A stretch of DNA of 64,000 nt from Candidatus Latescibacterota bacterium (GTDB lineage Bacteria > Latescibacterota > UBA2968 > GCA-2709665), in the NCBI GenBank assembly GCA_965203805.1, contig OZ241917.1, positions 480,001 to 544,000 on the forward strand, in the 5' to 3' direction. The notes beneath the pieces are model-generated. The model was not told the origin of the DNA. It did no database searches and saw only the letters and a program-made list of their open reading frames with translations. The stretch's first letter is position 1. Each line of letters begins with the position of its first letter. The position numbers were made by a program, and so were the translations under genes. Positions 40,291-50,915 of this stretch are shown piece by piece.

Positions 40291-41643
40291 CTAAAACGTG
40301 CTCTCCGACGTTGTTCCCGGACACCAGCGGGCGGTGGCCAACGCCGGGATGAGGGTGTTCAACGCCGCGGGAGTGCCGATTCGTCTGAGCGCTTCGGCCG
40401 CGTTGCCCCGTGCGTAACGGTTGCCGTCGGCCAGCCCGTCACGCAGTTCGGGAACGGCGGATTCGGCCGCCGGTCCCAGTTTTGCCAGGGCGAGTGCGGC
40501 CGTGCGGCGCACGTCCCCGTCGGTATCCTTCATCTGTTTCTTCAATCCTGAAACCGCCGCCGGTTCCGCGCGGCAAATGTTCCCGAGAGCTTCCGCGGAC
40601 CAACGGCGGATCTCGGCGTCCTCGTGCCTGAGCGTTTCGACCAGACTCGGGACGGCCGCCTCGGCGCCCCTGCCGATGTCCGCCAGGAGTTCAACCGCCA
40701 TGGCCGTGTCGCGGCCAAGCCCGTCGATGATGCTCGGCACCGCGGACGCGCCGATGGCACTGAGGGCATAGGCGGCGTTGCGCCGAACGGATTCGGACCC
40801 GCGGACCAGACGTTCCATGAGGGTGGGAACAGCAGTTTCTCCCGTCGCGGCGAGGCGATAGGCGGCATTCAGCGCGGTGTCTTCGTCGGTGTGTTCCAGG
40901 TCCCGCGCGAGATGGTCGACCGGCGTGTTGCCGCCGTTTGCGGACGAACGTCCCTGATGCCACTGCCACAGGTGATACCAGAGCGGCGTTCGTATCTCCG
41001 CGTTGTCCCAGGCTGCCGGCGCCGGTTGTCCGGACGGGGTATGCAACCAGCTTGCCTCATGGGGTTCATGCATCCGCGCGAACAGGAACTTCATCATATA
41101 GCGTGGCCTGTCGCTGGCATTGGGCATGGCGCGGTGCCACAGGTCGTAGTGTACGATCGAAACGTCGCCGGCGTCGCCGCACAGCGGCAGCTCTTCACGC
41201 TTCTCTGCACAATAGGTATTGTTGAAGTGACTTCCCGGCACGACGCCGGTCGGCCCGAGGAGCACCGGCGTGGGCTGGGGATAATAGAACGCCATGGCCC
41301 ATCGCGTGTGGTGATGGCGCCGGTTCCACCCGTCCATATGCATACGCTGTCCGGTGCTGCCCGGCGGGTTGCAATGGCAGTGGCGGTGTGGATGCATGTA
41401 ATAGTCAGCGCCAAGCAGTCCGGTGAGTGCGCCGGCCACGTTCGGATCGTCGAAGACCTGCCTGATCTCCGGCAGCCTGGGCAGAAGGTTGTTCCCGGGA
41501 TTGCCCTCTTTCTCGAAGATGGCATCGGTACGTTCGTAGACGTCCTGATGGAATTCCGGCGGAAGCGTCGTCTTGACGGTAATGAACCCGTTGACGACGT
41601 AGAACCGCATCTGTTCGTCCGTAAGGAGCTTGACGTCAGACAT
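40291..41643 (-). CDS. Phytanoyl-CoA dioxygenase (PhyH) domain fused to HEAT/PBS-lyase repeats
   Basis: HMDG, GPTGVVPGSH, AGDVSIVHYDLWHRAMPN, RYMMKF; C-terminal VRRNAAYAL, IRRWSAEAL, VRRTAALAL, ARGNAAEAL. Confidence 0.88.
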   Translation of the reverse strand: MSDVKLLTDEQMRFYVVNGFITVKTTLPPEFHQDVYERTDAIFEKEGNPGNNLLPRLPEIRQVFDDPNVAGALTGLLGADYYMHPHRHCHCNPPGSTGQRMHMDGWNRRHHHTRWAMAFYYPQPTPVLLGPTGVVPGSHFNNTYCAEKREELPLCGDAGDVSIVHYDLWHRAMPNASDRPRYMMKFLFARMHEPHEASWLHTPSGQPAPAAWDNAEIRTPLWYHLWQWHQGRSSANGGNTPVDHLARDLEHTDEDTALNAAYRLAATGETAVPTLMERLVRGSESVRRNAAYALSAIGASAVPSIIDGLGRDTAMAVELLADIGRGAEAAVPSLVETLRHEDAEIRRWSAEALGNICRAEPAAVSGLKKQMKDTDGDVRRTAALALAKLGPAAESAVPELRDGLADGNRYARGNAAEALRRIGTPAALNTLIPALATARWCPGTTSESTF

Positions 41644-41657
41644 GGGAGGATCTCCGA

Positions 41658-42845
<1,188 letters not shown>

Positions 42846-42911
42846 CTTGTGTGTCCCTTTCGGGGAATCCGGGATTGCGGGCGGCCTGGGCCGTTCCCCG
42901 CAGGAATAAAG

Positions 42912-42942
42912 AAACAGGGGGCGTTGATCAGTCCCCCTGTTT
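42912..42942 (-). terminator. Intrinsic terminator downstream of glnA
   Basis: AAACAGGGGG...CCCCCTGTTT hairpin with T-rich tail on the minus strand. Confidence 0.75.
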
Positions 42943-42973
42943 GCGTACTGCGTTCCTTCTATAGTGTATGGGT

Positions 42974-44392
42974 TTACGCGTCGAAATAAAGCGCGAATTC
43001 GTACGGGTGCGGCCTCAATCGCATTTCGTCGATTTCGTTCTTGCGCTTGTATTCGATCCAGTGGTCGACCACGTCCTGGGTGAAGACGTTGCCCTTGAGG
43101 AGGAATTCGTGATCGGCCTCAAGCGCGTTGATGGCTTCCTCCAGCGATCCGGGGGTCTGAGGGACCTTGGCCAGTTCTTCCGGCTCCAGTTCGTAGAGGT
43201 CCTTGTCCAGCGGTTCGCCCGGGTCGATCTGGTTCTCGATCCCGTCCAGACCGGCCATGAGCATCGCCGCAAAGGCCAGGTACGGGTTGCATGACGGGTC
43301 GGGACAACGGAACTCGATCCGCTTGGCCTTGGGGCTGGGCGAATACATCGGGATCCGGATGCATGCGCTGCGGTTGCGCTGGGAATAGGCCAGGTTCACC
43401 GGTGCTTCGTACCCGGGCACCAGGCGTTTGTAGGAGTTGGTCGTGGGCGCGACAAAGGCCAACAGCGCGTGCGCGTGCTTCAGGATCCCTCCTGCGTAGT
43501 GAAGCGCTAAATCGCTCAGACCGGCGTACTCGGAACCCGCGAAGAGGGGTTCGCCATCTTTCCACAGGCTCTGGTGCACGTGCATCCCCGTGCCGTTGTC
43601 TTCGAAGAGAGGCTTGGGCATGAACGTTGCGGTTCTGCCGTGTTTCCTGGCGGTGTTCTTTACGATATACTTGTAGAGAATCAGCTTATCGGCGCACGAA
43701 AGCATCGGCGCGAACCTGAAGTCGATTTCTCCCTGTCCGCCGGTCGCCACCTCGTGATGGTGGGCCTCCACTTCGATGCCGCAGTCCAGCATATGCAGGA
43801 CCATCTCACTCCGGATGTCCTGGAGGCTGTCGGTGGGCGGCACCGGGAAATAGCCCTCCTTGTAACGGGGTTTGTAGCCCAGGTTCGGCTGCTCGTCGCG
43901 GCCGGTGTTCCACCGGCCTTCAATCGAATCGACATAATAATAACCCGAACTATTCGTCTGGTCGAAGCGGATATCGTCGAAAACGAAGAATTCCGCCTCC
44001 GGGCCGAACGTGGCTTCGTCGGCGATCCCGGAGGACTTGAGGTAGTTCTCTGCCTTTCGCGCGACGGTTCTCGGGTCCCGGGTATAAAGGTCTCTCGTGA
44101 TCGGGTCTTCGATTTCGCAGAACAACACGAGCGTTGGAATCTCGAGGAACGGATCGACAAAGGCGGTATCCGCATCGGGCATCACGAGCAGGTCGCTTTC
44201 ATCGATGGATTGCCAGCCCCGCATGCTGGACCCGTCGAAGCCGAGGCCGTCTTCGAACGTGTCTGCGTCGACTTCGTCGGCGGGCACGGAAAAGTGCTGC
44301 CACAGCCCCGGATAGTCCGTAAACCGGAAGTCCACGATTTTGACGTTGTTTTCCCTGATCATGGCAAGGACGTCTTGAGGATTTTTGCCCAT
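42974..44392 (-). CDS. glnA: Glutamine synthetase type I
   Basis: [73 protein letters not shown]. Confidence 0.97.
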   Translation of the reverse strand: MGKNPQDVLAMIRENNVKIVDFRFTDYPGLWQHFSVPADEVDADTFEDGLGFDGSSMRGWQSIDESDLLVMPDADTAFVDPFLEIPTLVLFCEIEDPITRDLYTRDPRTVARKAENYLKSSGIADEATFGPEAEFFVFDDIRFDQTNSSGYYYVDSIEGRWNTGRDEQPNLGYKPRYKEGYFPVPPTDSLQDIRSEMVLHMLDCGIEVEAHHHEVATGGQGEIDFRFAPMLSCADKLILYKYIVKNTARKHGRTATFMPKPLFEDNGTGMHVHQSLWKDGEPLFAGSEYAGLSDLALHYAGGILKHAHALLAFVAPTTNSYKRLVPGYEAPVNLAYSQRNRSACIRIPMYSPSPKAKRIEFRCPDPSCNPYLAFAAMLMAGLDGIENQIDPGEPLDKDLYELEPEELAKVPQTPGSLEEAINALEADHEFLLKGNVFTQDVVDHWIEYKRKNEIDEMRLRPHPYEFALYFDA

Positions 44393-44631
44393 TTTGCGGC
44401 TCCTTTCGCTTGTGGGAAGGTGTACGTTTTCGTAATATGAGACGTGATGCATCCGGAATGGCGCAAATATACGGGCCATATGTTTCGGATAGATTGCTAA
44501 TATGTTAAATATATATTAATAGCACTTCCTTTATTGGATCCCGCAACGCTGCGGACGGCGTCGTGTCGCCGGCGTTCCTTCACCCGCGCGAGGGCGGTGG
44601 TTGCCGTCGTACCGGTTCTGCGGCAAAGGGC

Positions 44632-44660
44632 TTGACAATGCAATTGCATTCGTTTATCAT
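44632..44660 (+). promoter_or_regulatory. Sigma70-like promoter of the hrcA operon with a perfect palindrome in the spacer
   Basis: TTGACA-17-TATCAT; AATGCAATTGCATT at 44637-44650. Confidence 0.6.
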
Positions 44661-44877
44661 TTCTGGGAATATCCGGACTGCCGGGTTTCGAAACCCGAAA
44701 CTGCCCCCGCCATCCGGGTGGCGTTGTCGCACGGCATGCAATGAACGCCGCCCTTCAAGTTATTCTCTCTCCCTCGGAAGAAGCCGTCTGAAGACGCGGG
44801 CTGATCATTCGTCACTCAGCGGGCATCTCCTCCGGCCCCGCGATCATTAGCCAAGGCCAGGAGAAGGGGTGGGTCGT

Positions 44878-45909
44878 ATGTTACAGTTACAACAGCGGGA
44901 AGCAGCCATTCTGAATATCCTCATCAGTACCCACGTCAATACCGGCGAGCCCGTCGGGTCGCGCGCTATCGCCAGGTCGGGGTTGGGTCTCAGTCCCGCC
45001 ACGGTGCGCAATTCGATGGCCGATCTGGAGGAGAAGGGCCTGCTGACCCACCCGCACACGTCGGCCGGTCGCGTGCCTACCGATAAGGGCTATCGATATT
45101 ACGTTGACAGGGTGATGCCCAGGCAGACGCTGGAGGAGGAGGAACGCGAGCAGATCCGCGAGCGGGTGCGGGCATACGTTCGGGAGGGCGACGTCGAGGT
45201 TCTGCTCGAGCAGATGTCAAGAGTGATCGCCGAACTCTCGATGAATCTCGGAATGGTGCTCTCGCCCAGGTTCGAGCAGGGGGTGTTCGACCGGTTGGAA
45301 ATGGTCCATCTGTCGGAGGGCAGACTGCTGCTGGTGCTTGCAATCAGATCGGGCCTTGTGAAGACGATGGTTATGGAGGTGGACTCGGCGATCACGCCCG
45401 GCGAACTCGACGAGACGTCACGAGCGGTGAACGAACGCCTTTCCGGACTCAGCGTGGCGGACATCAGGGATTCGGTCGCCGAGCGGCTCCGGGAGGTCTC
45501 CACCGGGTCGCCAAGACTGCTGCGTGTGCTGTGCGACAGCGCGTCCAACCTTTTCCGGTTCCAGAGCGGCACGGATCTGCATTTCGGCGGGGCCGGCAAC
45601 TTTATCATGCAGCCGGAATTCAATCGAATGCAAAACGATCTGGCGGCCCTCATGGAATTGCTGGAAGCCCGGGAACCGATGATTACCATCCTGGACGAAC
45701 GGACCGAACAGGACGGGATCTCCGTCACGATCGGCACGGAAAACGGGCCGCCGCAACTCCGGGGCTGCAGCGTGCTGACGTCGCGATACCGGGTTGGCGC
45801 CATTTCGGGGGTGATCGGGTTGATCGGCCCTACCCGGATTCCGTACGCAAGGCTGATACCGTTAACCCGTTATATGGCGGCGCTGGCCGAGGAAATGCTG
45901 GACCATTAG
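44878..45909 (+). CDS. hrcA: Heat-inducible transcription repressor HrcA
   Basis: TGEPVGSR, SPATVRNSMADLEEKG, PHTSAGRVPTDKGYRYYVD, IGPTRIPY. Confidence 0.96.
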   Translation: MLQLQQREAAILNILISTHVNTGEPVGSRAIARSGLGLSPATVRNSMADLEEKGLLTHPHTSAGRVPTDKGYRYYVDRVMPRQTLEEEEREQIRERVRAYVREGDVEVLLEQMSRVIAELSMNLGMVLSPRFEQGVFDRLEMVHLSEGRLLLVLAIRSGLVKTMVMEVDSAITPGELDETSRAVNERLSGLSVADIRDSVAERLREVSTGSPRLLRVLCDSASNLFRFQSGTDLHFGGAGNFIMQPEFNRMQNDLAALMELLEAREPMITILDERTEQDGISVTIGTENGPPQLRGCSVLTSRYRVGAISGVIGLIGPTRIPYARLIPLTRYMAALAEEMLDH

Positions 45910-45930
45910 CAGGAGGATACCCGCGCGAAT

Positions 45931-46548
45931 ATGGCAGAATCCGACGAAGTCAACGGCAAGGAAAGCTGCGAGGAAACCACCGAAGCGGAAGTGCGCGAGG
46001 ACGGGGAAGCGTCCGGGGAAGAAGACGCGCCGGACCCGCTCGAGGAAGCGCTCCGGGAGTCTGAAGAGTACCGGGATCGGTGGATGCGCCTGGCGGCGGA
46101 ATTCGACAATTACAAGAAGCGGAGGTCACGGGAATTCGATGCCCTGGTCCAGTCGGCCAGCGAAAACCTCATTCGGGAGTTGCTGCCGGTCCTCGACTCG
46201 GTTGCGCGAGCGCTGGAACACCGCGCCGACGGCGAGGAAGAATCCGACGGTTTCAGACAGGGCGTCACGATGATAATGGAGCAGTTTCCCAAGGTCCTCG
46301 AGCGTCGTGGCCTTTCCGAGATCGACGCCCTGGGCCGGCCCTTCGACCCCAACTATCACGAAGCGCTGATGCAGATGTCTTCAGACGAACACGCGGAGGG
46401 TCTGGTGATGGGCGTGGTGGATCGGGGGTACCGCTTGGGCGACAAGGTGATCCGGCCCGCAAAGGTCGTCGTGAGCGGCGGGAGTGCGGCGGAGGAACCT
46501 GAAAGCAAAGAAGACGGCGGGAAAGCGCCTGAAGCGCGGGAATCCTGA
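45931..46548 (+). CDS. grpE: Nucleotide exchange factor GrpE
   Basis: [43 protein letters not shown]. Confidence 0.96.
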   Translation: MAESDEVNGKESCEETTEAEVREDGEASGEEDAPDPLEEALRESEEYRDRWMRLAAEFDNYKKRRSREFDALVQSASENLIRELLPVLDSVARALEHRADGEEESDGFRQGVTMIMEQFPKVLERRGLSEIDALGRPFDPNYHEALMQMSSDEHAEGLVMGVVDRGYRLGDKVIRPAKVVVSGGSAAEEPESKEDGGKAPEARES

Positions 46549-46561
46549 GCAGGAACGAAAT

Positions 46562-47719
46562 ATGTCAAAACGCGACTATTATGAGGTTCTCGGGCTGCAA
46601 CGGGAAGCATCCGAGAACGAGATTAAGAAGGCCTATCGCAAACAGGCGATGAAATATCATCCGGATCGGAACGCGGGCGATGAGGAGGCCGCGGCCAGAT
46701 TCAAGGAGGCCGCCGAGGCGTACGAGGTCCTGAGCGATACCCAGAAACGCCGGGTGTACGACCAGTATGGGCATGCGGGCCTGGGCGGCCCGTTCCAGGG
46801 CGGTGGATTTCAATGGTCCGACTTCACGCATGCTACCGATTTCGAAGATATTTTCTCCAACCTCGATGACGTGTTCGGCGGCGGGATTCTGGGCGACCTG
46901 TTCGGTCGTCGCGGCGGCCGGCGGGGCCCTCAGCGCGGGGAAGACCTCCGCATTCCGCTCCGGCTGACCCTCGAGGAGATCGCGTCCGGCGTCCAGAAGA
47001 AGATCCGGTTCGCCCGGATGGACCGGTGCGACACATGCGGTGGAACCGGGGCACGGACCGGGTCGGCCGCCAGGACCTGCAGCGTCTGCAACGGCATGGG
47101 GCAGGTGCGACAGGCCACGCGATCGCTTTTCGGGCAGTTCGTGAACGTCACCACGTGCCCACAGTGCAACGGAGAGGGCAAGGTGATCGGCGACCGCTGT
47201 TTCGACTGTGGGGGCGACGGCAGGGCGAAGAAGACCGTCAGTCTGTCCGTGAACATACCGGCGGGCGTCACCGACGGTAACTACATCCCGTTGCGGGGGC
47301 AGGGCAGCGTCGGCCCACGGGACGGCGAAGCCGGCGATTGCATGGTGCTGATCGAAGAGGAAGAGCACGAGTATTTCGAACGGCATGGCAACGACATTCT
47401 CTATGAGTTGCCCATCAGTTTCAGCCAGGCGGCGCTGGGCGCCGAGGTCACTGTACCCACGTTGAGCAGCAGGGCGGAAATGAAGATTCCCCCCGGGACG
47501 CAGTCCGGTCAGGTTTTTCGCCTGAAGGGCAAGGGCATCCCCGAGTTGAACGGATACAGGACCGGAGACCAGCTCGTGCGCGTGATGGTCTGGACCCCTG
47601 CCCGTCTCAATGAGGAAGAGAAGGCGCTGTTCCGGCAGCTCGCCGAGCTCGAGAATATCCAGCCGCCGGAGGGCGGCAAGGGTATATTCGAACGCATGAA
47701 GGAGGCGTTCGGCGCTTAA
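46562..47719 (+). CDS. dnaJ: Chaperone DnaJ
   Basis: [14 protein letters not shown] region, four CxxCxGxG repeats. Confidence 0.97.
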   Translation: MSKRDYYEVLGLQREASENEIKKAYRKQAMKYHPDRNAGDEEAAARFKEAAEAYEVLSDTQKRRVYDQYGHAGLGGPFQGGGFQWSDFTHATDFEDIFSNLDDVFGGGILGDLFGRRGGRRGPQRGEDLRIPLRLTLEEIASGVQKKIRFARMDRCDTCGGTGARTGSAARTCSVCNGMGQVRQATRSLFGQFVNVTTCPQCNGEGKVIGDRCFDCGGDGRAKKTVSLSVNIPAGVTDGNYIPLRGQGSVGPRDGEAGDCMVLIEEEEHEYFERHGNDILYELPISFSQAALGAEVTVPTLSSRAEMKIPPGTQSGQVFRLKGKGIPELNGYRTGDQLVRVMVWTPARLNEEEKALFRQLAELENIQPPEGGKGIFERMKEAFGA

Positions 47720-47782
47720 GCGGGCGCCGGACACGCAGCCGGGGGAAGTCGGACCGGCCGTCATCGGATCGTCGATTCAAAT

Positions 47783-49219
47783 TCAGGTCAGCCCTGGAAA
47801 CAGGGGCTGGCCCTTTTTGATCTCAACCTTCGAGAAACCGGCTTCAATTCGTTCAGCCGTATCCGGAAGAAAGGGTCTGAGGACCCACGAAGTGGCGCGG
47901 ACCGAACCGACCCAGGCCGAGAGGTGTTGTTCGAGCTTCCCGGCCCTTTGCCCTTTCAGAAGTTCCCATGGGCGTACCGCGTCGATTTCACGGTTCATGT
48001 CGTCCACACGCCGCCAGACCGCCTTGAGGGCCCCGGCGAAGTCGAAACGGTCCAGCGCTTCGTTAACCTGGTGTGGAACCCGGAAGTCGGGTATCTCCGC
48101 CTGACCGTAACCGCACCGTTCGCAGAGAGATTCGAGTCGGCGCACGAGGTTGCCCAGGCCGTTCGCCAGGTCGGAGTTGTAGACCTCCCGGAGCCGCGCT
48201 TCGGAAACGTCGCCGTCCTCACCGGAACGAACGGCGCGGAGCAGGTAATATCGTACGGCGTCAGGTCCGTATCGCCGGATCAGCGGGAATGGATCCACGG
48301 CGTTGTCCAGCGACTTGCCGATCTTCCGGCCTTCCACGGTCAGATGGCCGTGGACGAAGATGGCCCGGGGCAGCGGCAGGCCGGCTGAGAGCAGCATGGC
48401 GGGCCAGTAGACGGCGTGGAATTTGAGGATGTCCTTGCCGATGACGTGGACCTTGTCAGGGCAGTCACGCCAATAGCGCTTGAATTCTCCACTGTCCCGG
48501 CCGTAGCCGAGTCCCGTGAGGTAGTTGGTCAGAGCGTCGAACCAGACGTATACGACCTGGGCCGGGTCGCCGGGCACGGGCACGCCCCATCCGCCGGACC
48601 GACTCCGATTGCGGGAGATGCTGAAGTCCCTCAGACCCTGCCTGATGAATCCCAGCGCTTCGTTTCGCCGTGTCTCCGGGAGAATGCGGAGCTTTCCGGA
48701 CGCGATCAGACCCTCCAGTTCTGCCTGATAGGCGGATAAGCGAAAGAAGTGGTTCGTTTCTTCGACGGATTCGGGTTCGACACCGTGTAGAGGGCATCGA
48801 CCGTCCGAAAGGTCCCGCTCCAACAGGAAGTCCTCGCAGCCCACGCAATAGAGCCCTCGGTACTGATTGCGGAAGATGTCCTCCTGCCGGCAGGCCGACC
48901 AGAATCGGGAGGCGCCGGTAATGTGGGTGTCCGTCGAGGAGCGGATGAAGCGGTCGTACGAGATGTCGAGGGCTTCGGCGAGGTTCTTGAAGACAGCGGC
49001 ATTCCGTTCGCACAGTTGACGCGGCGTCAGGCCTTCCCTTGCGGCGGCCTGCACGTTCTTGAACGCATTTTCGTCGGTTCCGGTCAGGAAGAACGTGTCG
49101 TGGCCCAGAAGCCGGCGCCACCTGGCGATCGCGTCGGCCTGTACCAGCTCCAGTGCGAAGCCCAGGTGGGGGCGGGCGTTGACGTAAGGGATGGAAGTCG
49201 ACACATAGAAAGTCTTCAT
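47783..49219 (-). CDS. metG: Methionine--tRNA ligase, short form with divergent signature motifs
   Basis: PYVNARPHLGF (HIGH site), FLTGTDE, YCVGCE..C..H knuckle, YVWFDALTNY, IGKDILKFHAVYWPAML, KIGKS (KMSKS site), LANGLGNLV.R, PWEL. Confidence 0.9.
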   Translation of the reverse strand: MKTFYVSTSIPYVNARPHLGFALELVQADAIARWRRLLGHDTFFLTGTDENAFKNVQAAAREGLTPRQLCERNAAVFKNLAEALDISYDRFIRSSTDTHITGASRFWSACRQEDIFRNQYRGLYCVGCEDFLLERDLSDGRCPLHGVEPESVEETNHFFRLSAYQAELEGLIASGKLRILPETRRNEALGFIRQGLRDFSISRNRSRSGGWGVPVPGDPAQVVYVWFDALTNYLTGLGYGRDSGEFKRYWRDCPDKVHVIGKDILKFHAVYWPAMLLSAGLPLPRAIFVHGHLTVEGRKIGKSLDNAVDPFPLIRRYGPDAVRYYLLRAVRSGEDGDVSEARLREVYNSDLANGLGNLVRRLESLCERCGYGQAEIPDFRVPHQVNEALDRFDFAGALKAVWRRVDDMNREIDAVRPWELLKGQRAGKLEQHLSAWVGSVRATSWVLRPFLPDTAERIEAGFSKVEIKKGQPLFPGLT

Positions 49220-49298
49220 GGCATGTCCTTTCCAATTGGGTTCCGGCTATTGAAGATGCGATGGGATTCCGCAAAGAAAGTGACATGCACATGAAAGA
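49213..49298 (-). promoter_or_regulatory. Putative SD/start-codon-sequestering helix (translational attenuator) of metG
   Basis: On the mRNA, UUCAUG-U-GCAUGUC-A-CUUUC (49295-49276) is complementary to GAAAG-GACAUGC-CAUGAA (49232-49215), which contains the SD and AUG. Confidence 0.55.
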
Positions 49299-49354
49299 GA
49301 CGCCGCCCGCACTGTGAGATATATGGCTGAACACGCTGTCTTCCTCAACAAATG

Positions 49355-49386
49355 AAACCCACCGCCGATTCATCGGCGGTGGGTTT
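49355..49386 (-). terminator. Attenuator terminator in the metG leader
   Basis: Perfect inverted repeat AAACCCACCGCCGAT-n2-ATCGGCGGTGGGTTT followed by CATTTGTT on the minus strand. Confidence 0.85.
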
Positions 49387-49414
49387 GTCGGTTCGAATCT
49401 ACGTGTGATTCAGA

Positions 49415-49573
49415 TCAGATCAGGGGATGTTTCGCCGCCGAAGTTCCGCTGGTACAGGTGGCCGGCATGTACATCGAAAGTTCGACGGCGTCCGCCTGCG
49501 TCGCGTCGTTCGGTACGGCTGAGGATCGCCGGGATATTCGCGATCCGTCATTTGAGCATTGAACAGACTTCAT
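49415..49573 (-). CDS. Putative 52-aa Met-sensing leader peptide of metG
   Basis: SD CAGGAG, 6 nt, ATG. Reads MKSVQCSNDGSRISRRSSAVPNDATQADAVELSMYMPATCTSGTSAAKHPLI* and ends 28 nt before the terminator. Below the ORF-track size cut-off. Confidence 0.7.
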   Translation of the reverse strand: MKSVQCSNDGSRISRRSSAVPNDATQADAVELSMYMPATCTSGTSAAKHPLI

Positions 49574-49600
49574 TTCAGTCTCCTGTATTCAGTACGAGAG

Positions 49601-49629
49601 AATATAGAATGCGGGCCACGAATTGTCAA
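49601..49629 (-). promoter_or_regulatory. Sigma70-like promoter of leader-metG
   Basis: TTGACA-17 bp-TATATT on the minus strand. Confidence 0.7.
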
Positions 49630-49642
49630 GCTATCCGGTTTG

Positions 49643-49682
49643 ACGCCTGCCTGCCGGCAGGCAGGGCCTCCTCAGGTTGACC
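49643..49682. repeat. Short copy of the REP-like module
   Basis: CCTGCCTGCCGGCAGGCAGG palindrome + GCCTCCTCAGGTTGAC; compare 7307-7356. Confidence 0.65.
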
Positions 49683-49847
49683 GTCAGGTCCCCGGATTTT
49701 ATCTTACCCTTGTCCTTTTCGCGGTATGGGCTTACATTGACGCAGACGGGAAGACCGGCGGCTGGCACACCGGTTGTCCGATTTCGCGCCTCTACCGGGC
49801 GTAAATTCACTCGTGTGAACACATTGTTAAGGAATAAGGGTTCGGCT

Positions 49848-50897
49848 GTGCTATACTGGCTGGGAGAACGATTTGCCGATGTCTACGGGCCTCTACGGCT
49901 CTTGACGTCCTACCTGTTTCTGGCAGTGCTCGGCACGGCGCTGGCGGGACTGTTTACATGGCGGCTGCTTCCCGGATTGTGGATGCGGCTGCCCAAAGAC
50001 AGGGGCCGCGCGTACGCAGTCGAGAACGAGCAGAGCCACGGAAAGCCCGTTGGCGCGGGCGTGATCTTCATCCCCATCTATCTGGTCGTGTGTTTCCTGA
50101 TTCTGCCGCCGGGTTCCCAGTACTGGCAGATTCTGGGCTGTCTGTTTCTCGCCATGCTGGCCGGGTTTCTTGACGATCGAAGTCCGGGAGGGTGGGGCGA
50201 GTACCGCGTGGGAGCCATCGACCTGGGCATTTCCCTGCTTGGCGCAATGGTCATCTGCCAGTTGGAATCCGTCGAGCTCTGGCTGCCGCTGATGAAGACG
50301 CCGGTTCTGGTTCATCCGTGGATATTCGTGCCCGGGGCCGCGTTATTGATCTGGGTTTCAATCAATGCCACCAACTGTACGGATGGCGTGGACGGGCTGT
50401 CGGGCAGCCTGAGTGTCCTCGCCTTCATCTATCTGGGCGTCATTCTATACGGGATTGTGGGGCACACGGATATTGCCAGGTATCTTCTTGTGCCGCACTA
50501 TCCCGACGGCGCGGTATGGGCCCTGTTCTCATTTGCCATGGCCGGGTGCCTGGCCGGTTATCTGTGGTACAACGCCTATCCCAGCGCCGTGCTGATGGGT
50601 GACGCGGGGTCCCGGCCGATGGGCTTCCTGCTCGGAATACTCGTTCTGGCGTGCGGCAATCCGTTTCTGATCGTCGTCGTTGCCAGCGTGGTCCTGGTGA
50701 ACGGGGCCACGGGACTGTTGAAAGTGGCGCTGCTGCGGTTTCTGAAGATCGGGATTTTCCAGACGGTTCGATATCCTCTGCACGATCATTTCCGGCACAA
50801 GAACGGCTGGTCGAATACGCACGTGCTCGTCCGGTTTATTCTGCTCCAGGCGTTTGTAACGCCGATTCTGCTGGTTCTGCTGGTTAAGATACGATAG
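49848..50897 (+). CDS. mraY: Phospho-N-acetylmuramoyl-pentapeptide transferase (MraY) homologue
   Basis: MLYWL start (GTG), GFLDD, NCTDGVDGL, LWYNAYP..VLMGDAGS, PLHDHF. Confidence 0.8.
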   Translation: MLYWLGERFADVYGPLRLLTSYLFLAVLGTALAGLFTWRLLPGLWMRLPKDRGRAYAVENEQSHGKPVGAGVIFIPIYLVVCFLILPPGSQYWQILGCLFLAMLAGFLDDRSPGGWGEYRVGAIDLGISLLGAMVICQLESVELWLPLMKTPVLVHPWIFVPGAALLIWVSINATNCTDGVDGLSGSLSVLAFIYLGVILYGIVGHTDIARYLLVPHYPDGAVWALFSFAMAGCLAGYLWYNAYPSAVLMGDAGSRPMGFLLGILVLACGNPFLIVVVASVVLVNGATGLLKVALLRFLKIGIFQTVRYPLHDHFRHKNGWSNTHVLVRFILLQAFVTPILLVLLVKIR

Positions 50898-50915
50898 TGA
50901 TCGGTCACCAAAAAG

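Noticed and set aside
44463-44478. Sigma54-like TGGCCCG...TTGC upstream of glnA
   Set aside because: GG-to-GC spacing is one base longer than the strict -24/-12 consensus.
44493-44530. CIRCE-like half sites (TGCTAA, TAGCACT) between glnA and hrcA
   Set aside because: Wrong order and spacing for CIRCE; no clean GlnR or NtrC box either.
49220-49600. T-box or SAM riboswitch in the metG leader
   Set aside because: No T-box GGTGGNACC motif or SAM-I core on the coding strand; the leader-peptide model fits better.
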